64,000 nucleotides of DNA from Pseudomonadota bacterium (GCA_016202695.1 JACQOE010000092.1:24490-88489); one strand, 5' to 3'. Positions 18,904-27,830 are shown, numbered from the stretch's first letter. Translations and numbers: made by a program. Notes: generated by a model from the letters alone, not told the origin.

Positions 18904-19680
18904 TCAGGAGCCGTTGCCGCGTCGCGGGTCGGGGATGCGGAGCCGCCCGCGCACGCCTCCCAGCCGCACGGCGGCGTTCTGGCGGCGGGGCACCTCCTCG
19001 ACCTCGGCGGCGAGGAAGGCGGAGGCCAGGGCGGCGAGCTCGCGGTAGAAGGGCCCCCGCGCCGCGCCGCGCACCTCGTCGCAGAAGGTGAAGGCCCACT
19101 TGCCGAGGTGCTCGCCCAGGAAGCGCCGCTGGATTTGCAGGAACCCGTAGGCCGCGGCGGCATCCCCCATCCGCCAGGCGACGGATTCGCGCCGGGCCAG
19201 CTCCTGCATGAACTCGAGCTCGACGCCGAAATGGTCAACGACTCCCGCGCCGCCGGGCGCGAGCGCCACGCCCGCGGCCTCGATGAAGTCCTGCACCTCG
19301 CCCGTCTCCTTGCCGCGATCACCGCCGCCCCCTTGCGCATGGGCCGACTCGTAGGGCGCGATCCGGGCCCCCGCACCGACGAAGAGACGGGCGTACTCGA
19401 GCGCAAGCTCCTTCGCCCGCGCCTCGGCCGGCGCCGCGCTGAGGTCCACCCCAGCGACGCTCAACGCCGTGCCCAGCCGCGACTCGCCCAACCGGGCAAG
19501 GCCCTCTGCCGAGGGCGGGCTCCGGAACGCGGCCGCGAGGAGGCCGTAGACCCCCGCCCGCTCGCCTGCCGACGCGGCAAGCTCCTCGCCCCGGCGCGGC
19601 CGCGTCCGCCTCGCACTCGTCATGAGTCGCGGCCGCGGCCTGCGCGGCGCAAGCGCCGGCAAATAGCCTGCGTTCAGCAT
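18904..19680 (-). CDS. TorD/DmsD/NarJ-family redox-enzyme maturation chaperone
   Basis: ATG at 19680 is preceded by GAGGG. Contains EYARLFVGAGARIAPYES, the E-x-x-x-LF ... PYES core of TorD-like chaperones. The alternative start at 19623 is possible. Confidence 0.75.
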   Translation of the reverse strand: MLNAGYLPALAPRRPRPRLMTSARRTRPRRGEELAASAGERAGVYGLLAAAFRSPPSAEGLARLGESRLGTALSVAGVDLSAAPAEARAKELALEYARLFVGAGARIAPYESAHAQGGGGDRGKETGEVQDFIEAAGVALAPGGAGVVDHFGVELEFMQELARRESVAWRMGDAAAAYGFLQIQRRFLGEHLGKWAFTFCDEVRGAARGPFYRELAALASAFLAAEVEEVPRRQNAAVRLGGVRGRLRIPDPRRGNGS

Positions 19681-19837
19681 GGTATCGCCCTCATCCCCTT
19701 CCCGTCGGTCGCGGTTGGCTCCGCGCCGCAATCATCCTCCCCCCCGCTCGTCCGCCGGGACGTCGCGCGGTGCAGTGGGCGCCCCGCCGCGGCCCCCCGG
19801 GAACGGAGCGGCGACTCTCGGCAAGGCCGCCGAGGGC

Positions 19838-19854
19838 CGCATTGATCTAGGTCA
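19838..19854. promoter_or_regulatory. Fnr/FixK/Dnr-like box, copy A (identical 17-mer to 29437-29453)
   Basis: CGCATTGATCTAGGTCA contains TTGAT-N4-GTCA. It sits in the 324-nt gap between napC-2 and the TorD-like gene, about 165 nt upstream of the latter. Confidence 0.45.
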
Positions 19855-20004
19855 CGTTGGGAGGCGAAACCTGCGCCGGTGTCGGACCCGGCGGAGGCCA
19901 CGGGCGCGGAGGCCAGCGCCGGAGCCGATCCCCGGCGGGGGGCGGGCCGTCCCCGCGCCGCAAGATGCCCCGGCGCAGCCGGTTCAGTCCGCGAAGATCA
20001 TGCC

Positions 20005-20610
20005 CTAGCTGTCCTTCCAGCCCTTGGGGAGCTTGTGGGCGATCCCCTTGTGGCAGTCGATGCAGGTCTCCCCCTTCTCGAGCGCCTCGGCGTGGCGGCG
20101 GCGGGCCGGGCGCACCTGCGCCTCGGGATTCATGAACAGCACGTTGTGGCAGTTGCGGCACTCGCGCGAGTCGGTGTTCTTCATGCTGGTCCACACCCGC
20201 TTGGCCATCTCCAATCGCGCGGCCTCGAACTTCTCGGGCGTGTCGACCGTGCCCAGGATCTTATGAAACAGTTCGTTGGTGGCCTGCACCTTGCGGATCG
20301 CCTTGTAATACCACTCCTTGGGAACGTGGCAGTCGGAGCAGATCGCCCGCACCCCGGAGCGGTTGGAGTAGTGGATGGTCTCCTTCAACTCCTTGAAGGG
20401 CGTGTCGCGCATCTCGTGGCACGAGGTGCAGAAGGTCTCGGTGTTCGACAGCTCCATGGCCCAGTTGTAGCTGCCCCAGAAGCCGATGCCGCCCCCGAAA
20501 CCGACGATCAGCAAGACCGCGAGCGGCCATCTCGGGTGGGGGCGCCACAGCAGTCTCCATGCCCACAAGAGGAGGTTCCTCTTGCCGCCGTTCGACTCCC
20601 CTTGCTCCAT
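20005..20610 (-). CDS. NapC/NirT-family membrane-anchored tetrahaem cytochrome c (copy 2)
   Basis: ATG at 20610 is preceded by GGGAGGA. One N-terminal TM helix and four CXXCH motifs (CTSCH, CSDCH, CRNCH, CIDCH) in NapC/NirT spacing. Confidence 0.9.
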   Translation of the reverse strand: MEQGESNGGKRNLLLWAWRLLWRPHPRWPLAVLLIVGFGGGIGFWGSYNWAMELSNTETFCTSCHEMRDTPFKELKETIHYSNRSGVRAICSDCHVPKEWYYKAIRKVQATNELFHKILGTVDTPEKFEAARLEMAKRVWTSMKNTDSRECRNCHNVLFMNPEAQVRPARRRHAEALEKGETCIDCHKGIAHKLPKGWKDS

Positions 20611-20758
20611 GTCCGTGTTCCTCCCGGTGTCCTTCGGCATTGGAACGATACCTCACGTCCAAGCGACCGCCCCCGGCCCCGGCCGAAGGCGGCTCGCGAT
20701 CAGCAGGTGAAAAGGCCGCGGGCCCGCCGCCGAGCGGACGAGCCCGCACCGAACATCC

Positions 20759-22786
20759 TCATTCGGCTGGCAGGGACTGTATGTAGGCCAGCACGTCGGT
20801 CAAGATCTGCGGGTCGAGAACCCTGAGCGCCGGCATCCCCTCGTCGGGATGGCCGTTGAGCATCTTGTGCAGCGCCGCCCACGGATCGGCCTTGGCGACG
20901 GCTCCGAGGGGCGGCATCACCGCCCGCATGCCGCGGCCGTCCTCGTTGTGGCACTTGGCGCAGATGGTGTCGTAGTACTCCTTGTGCTTGGTCTTGTCGC
21001 CTTTGGACAACTGGTTGGCCGGATTGACGAAATTCGTCATGTCCACCTGCCCCTTGGCGACGAAGTTGGCGAGGTCGCGCAGGTCGTGCGCGTCCATGAC
21101 CGTATCGAAGCCGTGGTTCTCGTCGCGCAGCACGGCGACGACCTTGTCCGGCGCCGCCCCGGCCAAGCCCCGCACGCCCCTGATTCCGGTGTAGTGCTCG
21201 CCCTTGCCGTAGACGCCGTCCCGGCCCCGGTAGTCCCAGCCGTGGCACTCCACGCAGCGCCAGTTGGCCGAGGCCTCGCGCGCGTAGACCTTGTCGCGCG
21301 GATAGGCCGGATGCGCCCGCGTCGGCGCGGGAACGCGGATCTCCCGATACCAGTTGTCATAGAGGCGCCCGCCGCGGACGATCGAGGCCAGCGCCTCCTC
21401 GGTCGGAAGGGTCTGAACGAAGGCCAGCACATCGACCAGGATGGACATGTCGAGCAGCCTCAGCGCCGGCATCTTCTTGCTGGGATGGCCGTTCACCATC
21501 TTGTGCAGCGTCTGCCACGGGTTGTCCCGGGCCACCCTGGCGAGCGGCGGCATCGAGCGCACGCCGAGCCCGTCCCGGCCATGGCAGGTGGCGCAGATCG
21601 AGTTGTAATAGGCCTCGTGCTTGACCCCGTCGCCCTTCGACTGCCCCGTCGCCCGGTCGATGTACCTGTCGACCTCGACCTGGCCCTTGCTGACGAAGTT
21701 GGCGAGGTCGCGCAGGTCGTGCTCGTCGAGGTAGGCGCGGTAGGGTTTCAGGCCGCGGAAATCGTGGGTCTCGTTCTTGAGGATGGTGATGATCTTCTCG
21801 GGGTCGGCCCCGGCCATGCCACGGATGCCCTTGATGCCCGTGTAGTGGTCGCCCGAGCCATAGGCCCCGTCCTTGCCGCGGTAGTCCCAGCCGTGGCACT
21901 CGACGCAGCGCCAGTTGGCGGCGGCATCGCGGGCGAACCTGCGGTCGCGCGGATAGGCCGGGTGGGGCCGGGTCGGCGCCGCCGCCCCCAGCTCCACATA
22001 CCAGTTGTCGTAGAGCCGCCCGCCACGATCCATGGAGGCCAGCAGTTCTTCCTTCGGCAAGGTCTGGATGAAGGCCAGGACGTCGACCAGGACGTCGAGC
22101 CCGAGGGCGCGAAGCGGCGGCATCCGCTCGCTCGGATGGCCGTTGAGGACCTTGTGCAGCGAGGCCCACGGGTTTTCCGAGGCGAAGGTCCCGAGCGGCG
22201 GGATGGAGCGGACGCCGAGTCCGTCGCGGCCGTGACAGTTGGCGCAGATGGCGCTGTAGTAGGCTTCGTGCTTGGCCCCGTCGCCCTTCGACTTCCGGCT
22301 CGCCCGATCGATGTAGGTGTCCATATCGAGCTGGCCCTTGCTGACGAAGTTGGCGAGGTCCCGCAGGTCGCGGCCGTCCATGACGCCGCCGTACTGGTGG
22401 GTGCCGTCCGTCAGCACGGCGACGATCTTGGCCGGATCGGCCCCGGCCATGCCGCGGATTCCCTTGATCCCGGTATAGTGGTCGCCGGAGCCGTAGGCGC
22501 CGTCCTTGCCGCGATAGTCCCAGCCGTGGCACTCCACGCAGCGCCAGTTGCTCGCCGGGTCGTTGGCGAACTTCTTGTCGCGCGGATAGGCGGGGTGCGG
22601 CTGGGTGGGCGCCCGCCCCCCGACCATCATCTGGTACCAGTTGTCGTAGAGGCGCCCGCCGCGGACGATGGAGGCGAGGTTTTCCTCGGCCGCCAGCGAC
22701 GTCGTCGCCGCGCCCGCGCCGAGCCCAAGAGCCGCGACGAGCGCCAGCAGGGCGACGGTGCTCCTTGGCGAATGATTCCCGAACAT
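20759..22786 (-). CDS. periplasmic hexahaem cytochrome c built from three tandem dihaem units
   Basis: ATG at 22786 is preceded by GAGGA. Sec signal peptide (ALLALVAALGLGAGAATTSLAAEE). CVECH x3 plus CANCH/CATCH/CAKCH. Each unit ends in an NGHP..(M)P Met-ligand-like motif. Confidence 0.85.
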   Translation of the reverse strand: MFGNHSPRSTVALLALVAALGLGAGAATTSLAAEENLASIVRGGRLYDNWYQMMVGGRAPTQPHPAYPRDKKFANDPASNWRCVECHGWDYRGKDGAYGSGDHYTGIKGIRGMAGADPAKIVAVLTDGTHQYGGVMDGRDLRDLANFVSKGQLDMDTYIDRASRKSKGDGAKHEAYYSAICANCHGRDGLGVRSIPPLGTFASENPWASLHKVLNGHPSERMPPLRALGLDVLVDVLAFIQTLPKEELLASMDRGGRLYDNWYVELGAAAPTRPHPAYPRDRRFARDAAANWRCVECHGWDYRGKDGAYGSGDHYTGIKGIRGMAGADPEKIITILKNETHDFRGLKPYRAYLDEHDLRDLANFVSKGQVEVDRYIDRATGQSKGDGVKHEAYYNSICATCHGRDGLGVRSMPPLARVARDNPWQTLHKMVNGHPSKKMPALRLLDMSILVDVLAFVQTLPTEEALASIVRGGRLYDNWYREIRVPAPTRAHPAYPRDKVYAREASANWRCVECHGWDYRGRDGVYGKGEHYTGIRGVRGLAGAAPDKVVAVLRDENHGFDTVMDAHDLRDLANFVAKGQVDMTNFVNPANQLSKGDKTKHKEYYDTICAKCHNEDGRGMRAVMPPLGAVAKADPWAALHKMLNGHPDEGMPALRVLDPQILTDVLAYIQSLPAE
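20762..22684 (-). repeat. intragenic tandem triplication (units of roughly 630-650 bp)
   Basis: The landmark CCCAGCCGTGGCACTC(C/G)ACGCAGCGCCAGTTG recurs at 21235, 21886 and 22519, giving spacings of 651 and 633 bp (217 and 211 codons). Confidence 0.9.
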
Positions 22787-22867
22787 GACATCCTCATCCA
22801 GTGTTGGGCATCGAAGCGGAGGCGGAAACACTTTCCCCGGCCCCCGGAAGACGGCGCCTCCGGTCGG

Positions 22868-25417
22868 CTAAGCCTTGGTGAGCGTGACCACGACGTCGCC
22901 CCAGCGCTGCTGACCGCTGACCGGTTCCGGGGAGTTGGGGATCACCCAGTTGGGATGGGTGCCGTTGGTCGGCCACCATTTCAGCCGGTCGAAGGGAGCA
23001 TCGTCAACGCCGAAGGGCGCCCTCTTCGAGGCGTATCTTCCGTACTCCCAGCGGCCGGCGTGGGTGGAAATCGCGACGATCCCGGGCACGATCGAGTGGC
23101 TCCACTTCGCCGTGGTCTCGATCTCCCCGACCTTTGACTTGATCCGGACGCGGTCGCCGTCGCCGATCCCGTGCTCGCGCGCGGTCGTGGGATGGATGCG
23201 GGCCGCGTTGTCGAAATAGATCTCGGTCAGCCACTTGCAGTTTTGGGTCGTCGACAGGGTCTGAACGTTGACCTTGTAGGTGGTGAGGACGAGATCGCCC
23301 GCCCGCATCTCGGCGTGCTCCGGCACCGGCCGGTAGGTGGGAAGCGGCGGCAGGCCCCGTTCGGCGAGGACCGCCGAGTAGAGCTCGAAGTAGCCGGTCT
23401 TGTTGATCCGGTCGGGCCGGAAGCCGATGAAGATGCGCTCGCGCATGAGCTGCGCCTCGTAGCCCTTGTGGGCGCCCGGCGTCCGGCGATAGCCGACCCG
23501 GCGGGCCTCGGCCTCGCTCGCGACCCCGGCCTTCTTCCAGTTCCAGTAGACCCCCATCTCCTCGTCGAAGATCACCCCCTCGGTGAGGAACGAGGTCTTG
23601 AACTCCTCGTTGCTGATCTCCCGCCGGTAGCCGTAGTAGGCGGGCTTGGCGCCGGGATCGTGCCAGACTCCCGCCTTGGTCAGGCCCCTGAACCCGCCGG
23701 CCTTGTCGGCCACCTCCGGGGTCATCTGGCAGGCCTTGCTGACGAACTCCTCGCCGGTCTTGAAGCCGAGCGGGATGCCGAGGCGCTCGGCCAGCTCGCA
23801 GCAGACGTCCTTGAAGTCGCGCGCCTCGCCAAGCGGCGGCACGAGCGGCTGGCGAAGGTAGTACTCCGGCACCTGGCTGGGGGAGACGCCGTCCTCGAAG
23901 TCGTAGCGTTCGAGGTAGGTCGCGTCGGGAAGGATGAGGTCGGCGAGCGCCGCCGACTCGTCGTAGAACGGCGTCACGGCGACGGTGAAGGGAATCAGGG
24001 CCTCGTCCTTGAGAACGTCGATGTTCTCGCCCACCTCGCCGTTGGCGTAGACCGGATTGTAGATGTACCACAGGTACACCTCGGGCCGGCCGGCGCGCCC
24101 GTCCTTGATCATCTTCAGGACCTGATGGCCGACGCCGTTGATCGGCAGGGAGACGGCGCCGTCGAAGCCGTTGAGTATCTCCAGTCGCCGGGTCGGCGGC
24201 CGGTCCTGCGGACCCTTCGGGTAGGACCACTCGGGGACCACGGCCCGGCACCGCCCGCCGGGGTTGTCGATGTTGCCGGTGATGGCGGCGAGCAACAGGA
24301 TCGCGCGCTCGGTGTCGACGCCGTTGTAGTTCGAGCTCACCGCGCGCGAACTCAGGACACAGGCCGGCTTGGCGGTCGCGAACTCGATCGCGAGGTCGCG
24401 GATGGTGCGGGCCGGGACGCCGCTGATCGGCTCCGCCCACTCCGGGGTGTAGGGGGCGAGGTGCGCCTTCAGCGCCTCGACCTTCTCGGCCACGGTCGCG
24501 TCGTTCCGCGGCGTGACCTTGCAGAACTCGAGGAACGCCTCGCCCTCGCCGCGGAACAGGCCCTCGTTCATCACCACGTTGCCCATGGCGAGGGCGACGG
24601 CGAGGTCGGTGCCGGGCTTGATCGGGATCCAGGCGTTCGACTTGGCGGCCGTGTTCGACATCCTCACGTCGAAGGTGACGATGCGGAAGCGGCGCTCGGC
24701 GATGCCGGTGGCCAGGATGCGGGCGAGCGCGACGTGGTTGGTGTGCGCCTCGAGCACGTTGGCCCCGAAGTTGAGGACGAAGCGGGTGTTGGCGAAGTCC
24801 CAGTTGTCCTCGTGCGCGCCCCAGGTGAGCTGAAACGCGGCCTGCCGCGCCCCCTGGCCGAGGCAGGTCTGGTTGACCACCGTGCCGGTGCCGTAGGTGG
24901 GCAGGAAGACCTCGTTGATCAGCCGGTCGGCGCTGGCCGAGATCCAGCCGTGATGGAACATGAACTTCTCGGGCTGGCCGGCGTCGCGCAGCTTCTTCAG
25001 CCGTCCGGCGAGGTCGTCGAGGGCCTCCTTCCAGGAGATCCGCTGCCACTTCCCCTCGCCCCGCTTGCCGGCGCGCCTGAGGGGATAGAGGATGCGATCG
25101 GGGTCGTAAATCAGGTTGACGCTCGCCTGGCCGCGGGCGCAGAGCTTGCCGGCGGTGCGGATGGAGGCGGGCTGGCCCTCGACCTTGACCATGCGCCCCT
25201 CCTCGACGTAGCCGATCGCCGGGCAGCGGCTGACGCACTGCGCGCAGGCGGTGGCGACCGCTTCGCGGCCCGTGCCGCTGAGGGGGGAGTAGCCGGCGCC
25301 GCCGGGCTTGAACTCCCTGGCCTCGCGGGCGATGGCGGGCTTGAGCGCGGCCGCCGATACGGTCGCCGCCGCGGTGCCGATCTTCAGGAACTCCCGCCGC
25401 CTGATCATGAGGTCCAT
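22868..25417 (-). CDS. molybdopterin (bis-MGD) oxidoreductase catalytic subunit, Psr/Phs/Ttr-like, Tat-exported
   Basis: ATG at 25417 (MDLMIRRREFLKIGTAAATV) gives a twin-arginine motif. FS0 site CAQCVSRC...LCARG. GKRGEGKWQRISW and the remaining MopB pattern are present. 849 aa with no internal stop or frameshift. Confidence 0.92.
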   Translation of the reverse strand: MDLMIRRREFLKIGTAAATVSAAALKPAIAREAREFKPGGAGYSPLSGTGREAVATACAQCVSRCPAIGYVEEGRMVKVEGQPASIRTAGKLCARGQASVNLIYDPDRILYPLRRAGKRGEGKWQRISWKEALDDLAGRLKKLRDAGQPEKFMFHHGWISASADRLINEVFLPTYGTGTVVNQTCLGQGARQAAFQLTWGAHEDNWDFANTRFVLNFGANVLEAHTNHVALARILATGIAERRFRIVTFDVRMSNTAAKSNAWIPIKPGTDLAVALAMGNVVMNEGLFRGEGEAFLEFCKVTPRNDATVAEKVEALKAHLAPYTPEWAEPISGVPARTIRDLAIEFATAKPACVLSSRAVSSNYNGVDTERAILLLAAITGNIDNPGGRCRAVVPEWSYPKGPQDRPPTRRLEILNGFDGAVSLPINGVGHQVLKMIKDGRAGRPEVYLWYIYNPVYANGEVGENIDVLKDEALIPFTVAVTPFYDESAALADLILPDATYLERYDFEDGVSPSQVPEYYLRQPLVPPLGEARDFKDVCCELAERLGIPLGFKTGEEFVSKACQMTPEVADKAGGFRGLTKAGVWHDPGAKPAYYGYRREISNEEFKTSFLTEGVIFDEEMGVYWNWKKAGVASEAEARRVGYRRTPGAHKGYEAQLMRERIFIGFRPDRINKTGYFELYSAVLAERGLPPLPTYRPVPEHAEMRAGDLVLTTYKVNVQTLSTTQNCKWLTEIYFDNAARIHPTTAREHGIGDGDRVRIKSKVGEIETTAKWSHSIVPGIVAISTHAGRWEYGRYASKRAPFGVDDAPFDRLKWWPTNGTHPNWVIPNSPEPVSGQQRWGDVVVTLTKA

Positions 25418-25425
25418 CCGCTTCC

Positions 25426-26376
25426 CTAGATGCCGACCGGCCCGGTGATCTGGCCCGCCACCACCACCACGTAGCGCAGCATGAAGCCGCCAATCAGGAC
25501 GCTGACCGGAACCACGACCTCCACGCTCCGCGGCGCCGCGAAGCTCCGGTGATAGAAGAGCGGCGGGACGACGTAGACCATTTCGAGCAGGGCCGGCAGC
25601 AGCAGGCCCACCAGCACCACCCAGATCCAGAACATCGCCGCCATGCGGCCGCCGGGGAGGATGATCGAGACCGCCTCCTTGACCCCGCCGACGGTGAGAT
25701 GGGCGAACATCAGGAAGAGGAAGATCACCATCAGCTCGAGCCCGATGAGCATCACGTCCGAGACGGTGAGGAGGTAGCCGCTCTCGTGGAACTGCTTCTC
25801 CGCCGCACGGTCGGCGCCCTTCCGGTGCACGAGCGCACGGCCGAGGATGATCGTGGCAATGCCGGTCGAGAGCGAGGAGACCAGGAACAGGAGGGCCAGG
25901 ATCGGGGAATTCCAGAAGGGCCGCGACGGCATCGCCCCGAGCATGACGCCGGTATAGACGGCGACGCCGATGCCGAGCGGCATGCACACCCAGGCCAGGC
26001 CCCGGCGCGCCCCCTCCAGGCGGTCGCCGCGGTGCGCGCCCGGCGGCAGGAAGGTGGCGCCATAGAGGACGGTGATGGTCATGAACAGGAGCAGCAGCCA
26101 CGAGCCGATCGACATCGGCGAGAGGTTGATCAGCTTGAAAAGATTGAGCGCCCGGTCCCACCGCCCGAGCTCGAAGATGATCATCCCGGTGCCGAGCATC
26201 ACCGGGAAGGGGCCGAGCAACGCGCCGTAGCGCGCGAGCGAGAAGTGGGCGCCGGCGAACCGCCCGCCGCCGCCGCGCAGCAGGACGTAGGAGCTGACCG
26301 TCACCGCGCCCGCGCCGACTCCGGCCAGGAACAGGTAGCCGATGACGGGCAGTCCCCAGTAAAGCTCCCCGGACAT
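25426..26376 (-). CDS. NrfD/PsrC/TtrC-type integral membrane quinone-interacting subunit
   Basis: ATG at 26376 lies 2 nt after the FeS-subunit stop. 316 aa with about 8 hydrophobic helices. The N-terminus WGLPVIGYLFLAGVGAG is typical of the NrfD family. Confidence 0.9.
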   Translation of the reverse strand: MSGELYWGLPVIGYLFLAGVGAGAVTVSSYVLLRGGGGRFAGAHFSLARYGALLGPFPVMLGTGMIIFELGRWDRALNLFKLINLSPMSIGSWLLLLFMTITVLYGATFLPPGAHRGDRLEGARRGLAWVCMPLGIGVAVYTGVMLGAMPSRPFWNSPILALLFLVSSLSTGIATIILGRALVHRKGADRAAEKQFHESGYLLTVSDVMLIGLELMVIFLFLMFAHLTVGGVKEAVSIILPGGRMAAMFWIWVVLVGLLLPALLEMVYVVPPLFYHRSFAAPRSVEVVVPVSVLIGGFMLRYVVVVAGQITGPVGI

Positions 26377-26378
26377 CC

Positions 26379-27179
26379 CTATCTCCAGTGCTTCCGCCGG
26401 CGGTGGTTGTCGACCTCCACCTGCCGGACCTCCGGCCGCCTGGCGTCGATCGAGTCGGTGTGGTCGGCGGCGATGTAGTAGACGTTCGGCAGCGTGCCCA
26501 TCTCGCCGCGCAGCACCGTCACCCGTTCGCTGGCGATGAGCTTGGAGATCTCGCTCTCGGGGTCGCTCACGTCGCCGAAGATGCGGGCGCCGCCGACGCA
26601 GGTGCTGACGCAGGCCGGGGCCACCCCCTTGGAGACGCGGTGCAGGCAGAAGTCGCACTTGTCGGCGGCGCCGGTGATGGGGTTGAGGAAACGCGCCTCG
26701 TAGGGGCAGGCCTGGATGCAGTACTTGCAGCCGATGCACAAGCCCACGTCGACCACCACCGCGCCGTCCTGCGGACGCTTGTAGGTGGCGTTGGTGGGGC
26801 AGACATAGACGCAGGGCGGGATCGAGCAGTGGTTGCAGAGCCGCGGCAGGAAGCTGCGCCCGACATAGGGGTACTCGCCCTTCTCGACGTACTCGACCCA
26901 GGACCGGTTCTCGCCGACCGGCACGTCGAACTCGCTCTTGCAGGCCACGGTGCAGGCGTGACAGCCGATGCAGCGCCGCACGTCGATCACCATCCCGTAC
27001 TGGATGCCGCGGCCGTTTCTCGGCGCCGGCTCCGTGGGCGGGGCCGAGAGGGCGGTGGCGGCGGCCACCGCGACCGTCGCCGCGAGACCGCCGGCCAGGG
27101 CCTGGATCGCCTCGCGCCGCCCCGGCGCCGGGCAGACCTCTTCGCTCTCGCGGCCCCCGATTTCACGCTCGTCGGCCAT
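26379..27179 (-). CDS. four-cluster [4Fe-4S] electron-transfer subunit (PsrB/TtrB/DmsB-like) with an RR-containing leader
   Basis: ATG at 27179. Four Cys groups (CIGCHACTVAC, CNHCSIPPCVYVCP, CIGCKYCIQACP, CDFC..ACVSTC). The N-terminus GRREAIQALAGGLAATVAVAAA resembles a Tat signal. Confidence 0.92.
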   Translation of the reverse strand: MADEREIGGRESEEVCPAPGRREAIQALAGGLAATVAVAAATALSAPPTEPAPRNGRGIQYGMVIDVRRCIGCHACTVACKSEFDVPVGENRSWVEYVEKGEYPYVGRSFLPRLCNHCSIPPCVYVCPTNATYKRPQDGAVVVDVGLCIGCKYCIQACPYEARFLNPITGAADKCDFCLHRVSKGVAPACVSTCVGGARIFGDVSDPESEISKLIASERVTVLRGEMGTLPNVYYIAADHTDSIDARRPEVRQVEVDNHRRRKHWR

Positions 27180-27239
27180 CTCCAACTCCCGACTGGAGGC
27201 TGTACGAAGTCGCGGGCTCGCGCCGGCGCGTGAACGGCG

Positions 27240-27830
27240 TCATTTCTTCCCCGCCTCCGGCTTGCGGAACTCCGTCTCCCGCACCTCGAGCGTGCGGTGG
27301 ACCAGGCTGTAATGGCACTCGATGCAGGTTTCCTTCTTCTCCCGCGCGCGCTCGTGCGCGAGCTGCCCGCGCCGGCGTTTCGGCTTCAGCTCCGACTCGA
27401 TGTGGCAGGTCCGGCAGGTGACGCTGTCGAACTCGAACAGCCGCTCGCGCACCCGATAGGTGGTCGCCGCGCGCGGCGGGATCCATTCCCCCGCCCGCTC
27501 CGCGGCGCGGTCGCGGAAGCGGCCGAAGAGGTCGGTGACGCTGGCGAAGTGAAGGTAGGCGGCGGCCGCCCGCACCGTGCCGGGGGGAAGGTGGCAGTCG
27601 ACGCAGCGGGCCTGTCCGCCGTCGGGGGTTGACCGGTGGGGCCGGCTCCAGGTCAGCCTCGCCGTCGGGTCGTACTCCCACTTCAGGTGACAGTAGGTGC
27701 AGACACCGTCCTGGGCGAGGAAGTTTCGCGTTACCGGTTCGAACGCCCATACGGCGCCGACGATCAGCACCGCGAGGATCGCGGCCGCAACCGCCAAGGC
27801 CCGGCGCGACAGGTATCCTCGGAGCTGCAT
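27240..27830 (-). CDS. NapC/NirT-family membrane-anchored tetrahaem cytochrome c (copy 1)
   Basis: ATG at 27830 is preceded by GAGGGA. One N-terminal TM helix and four CXXCH motifs (CTYCH, CVDCH, CRTCH, CIECH). Only distantly similar to copy 2. Confidence 0.88.
   Translation of the reverse strand: MQLRGYLSRRALAVAAAILAVLIVGAVWAFEPVTRNFLAQDGVCTYCHLKWEYDPTARLTWSRPHRSTPDGGQARCVDCHLPPGTVRAAAAYLHFASVTDLFGRFRDRAAERAGEWIPPRAATTYRVRERLFEFDSVTCRTCHIESELKPKRRRGQLAHERAREKKETCIECHYSLVHRTLEVRETEFRKPEAGKK

Noticed and set aside
22868-25417. Selenocysteine (in-frame TGA) or a programmed frameshift in the molybdoenzyme gene
   Set aside because: The reading frame is continuous from the Tat signal to the stop with no internal stop codon. 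No SECIS-like requirement arises.
20849-25429. Two long plus-strand ORFs (762 aa and 752 aa) opposite the hexahaem and molybdopterin genes
   Set aside because: They are antisense shadows. They contain no cysteine motifs or cofactor signatures, whereas the minus-strand products carry complete haem, FeS and MopB motifs.
22868-26161. 1097-aa version of the molybdopterin subunit given in the ORF track
   Set aside because: The upstream 248 codons overlap the NrfD-type gene in another frame and are Arg/Pro/Gly-rich. The twin-arginine signal MDLMIRRREFLK begins at 25417, right after the NrfD stop, and that is the biologically sensible start.
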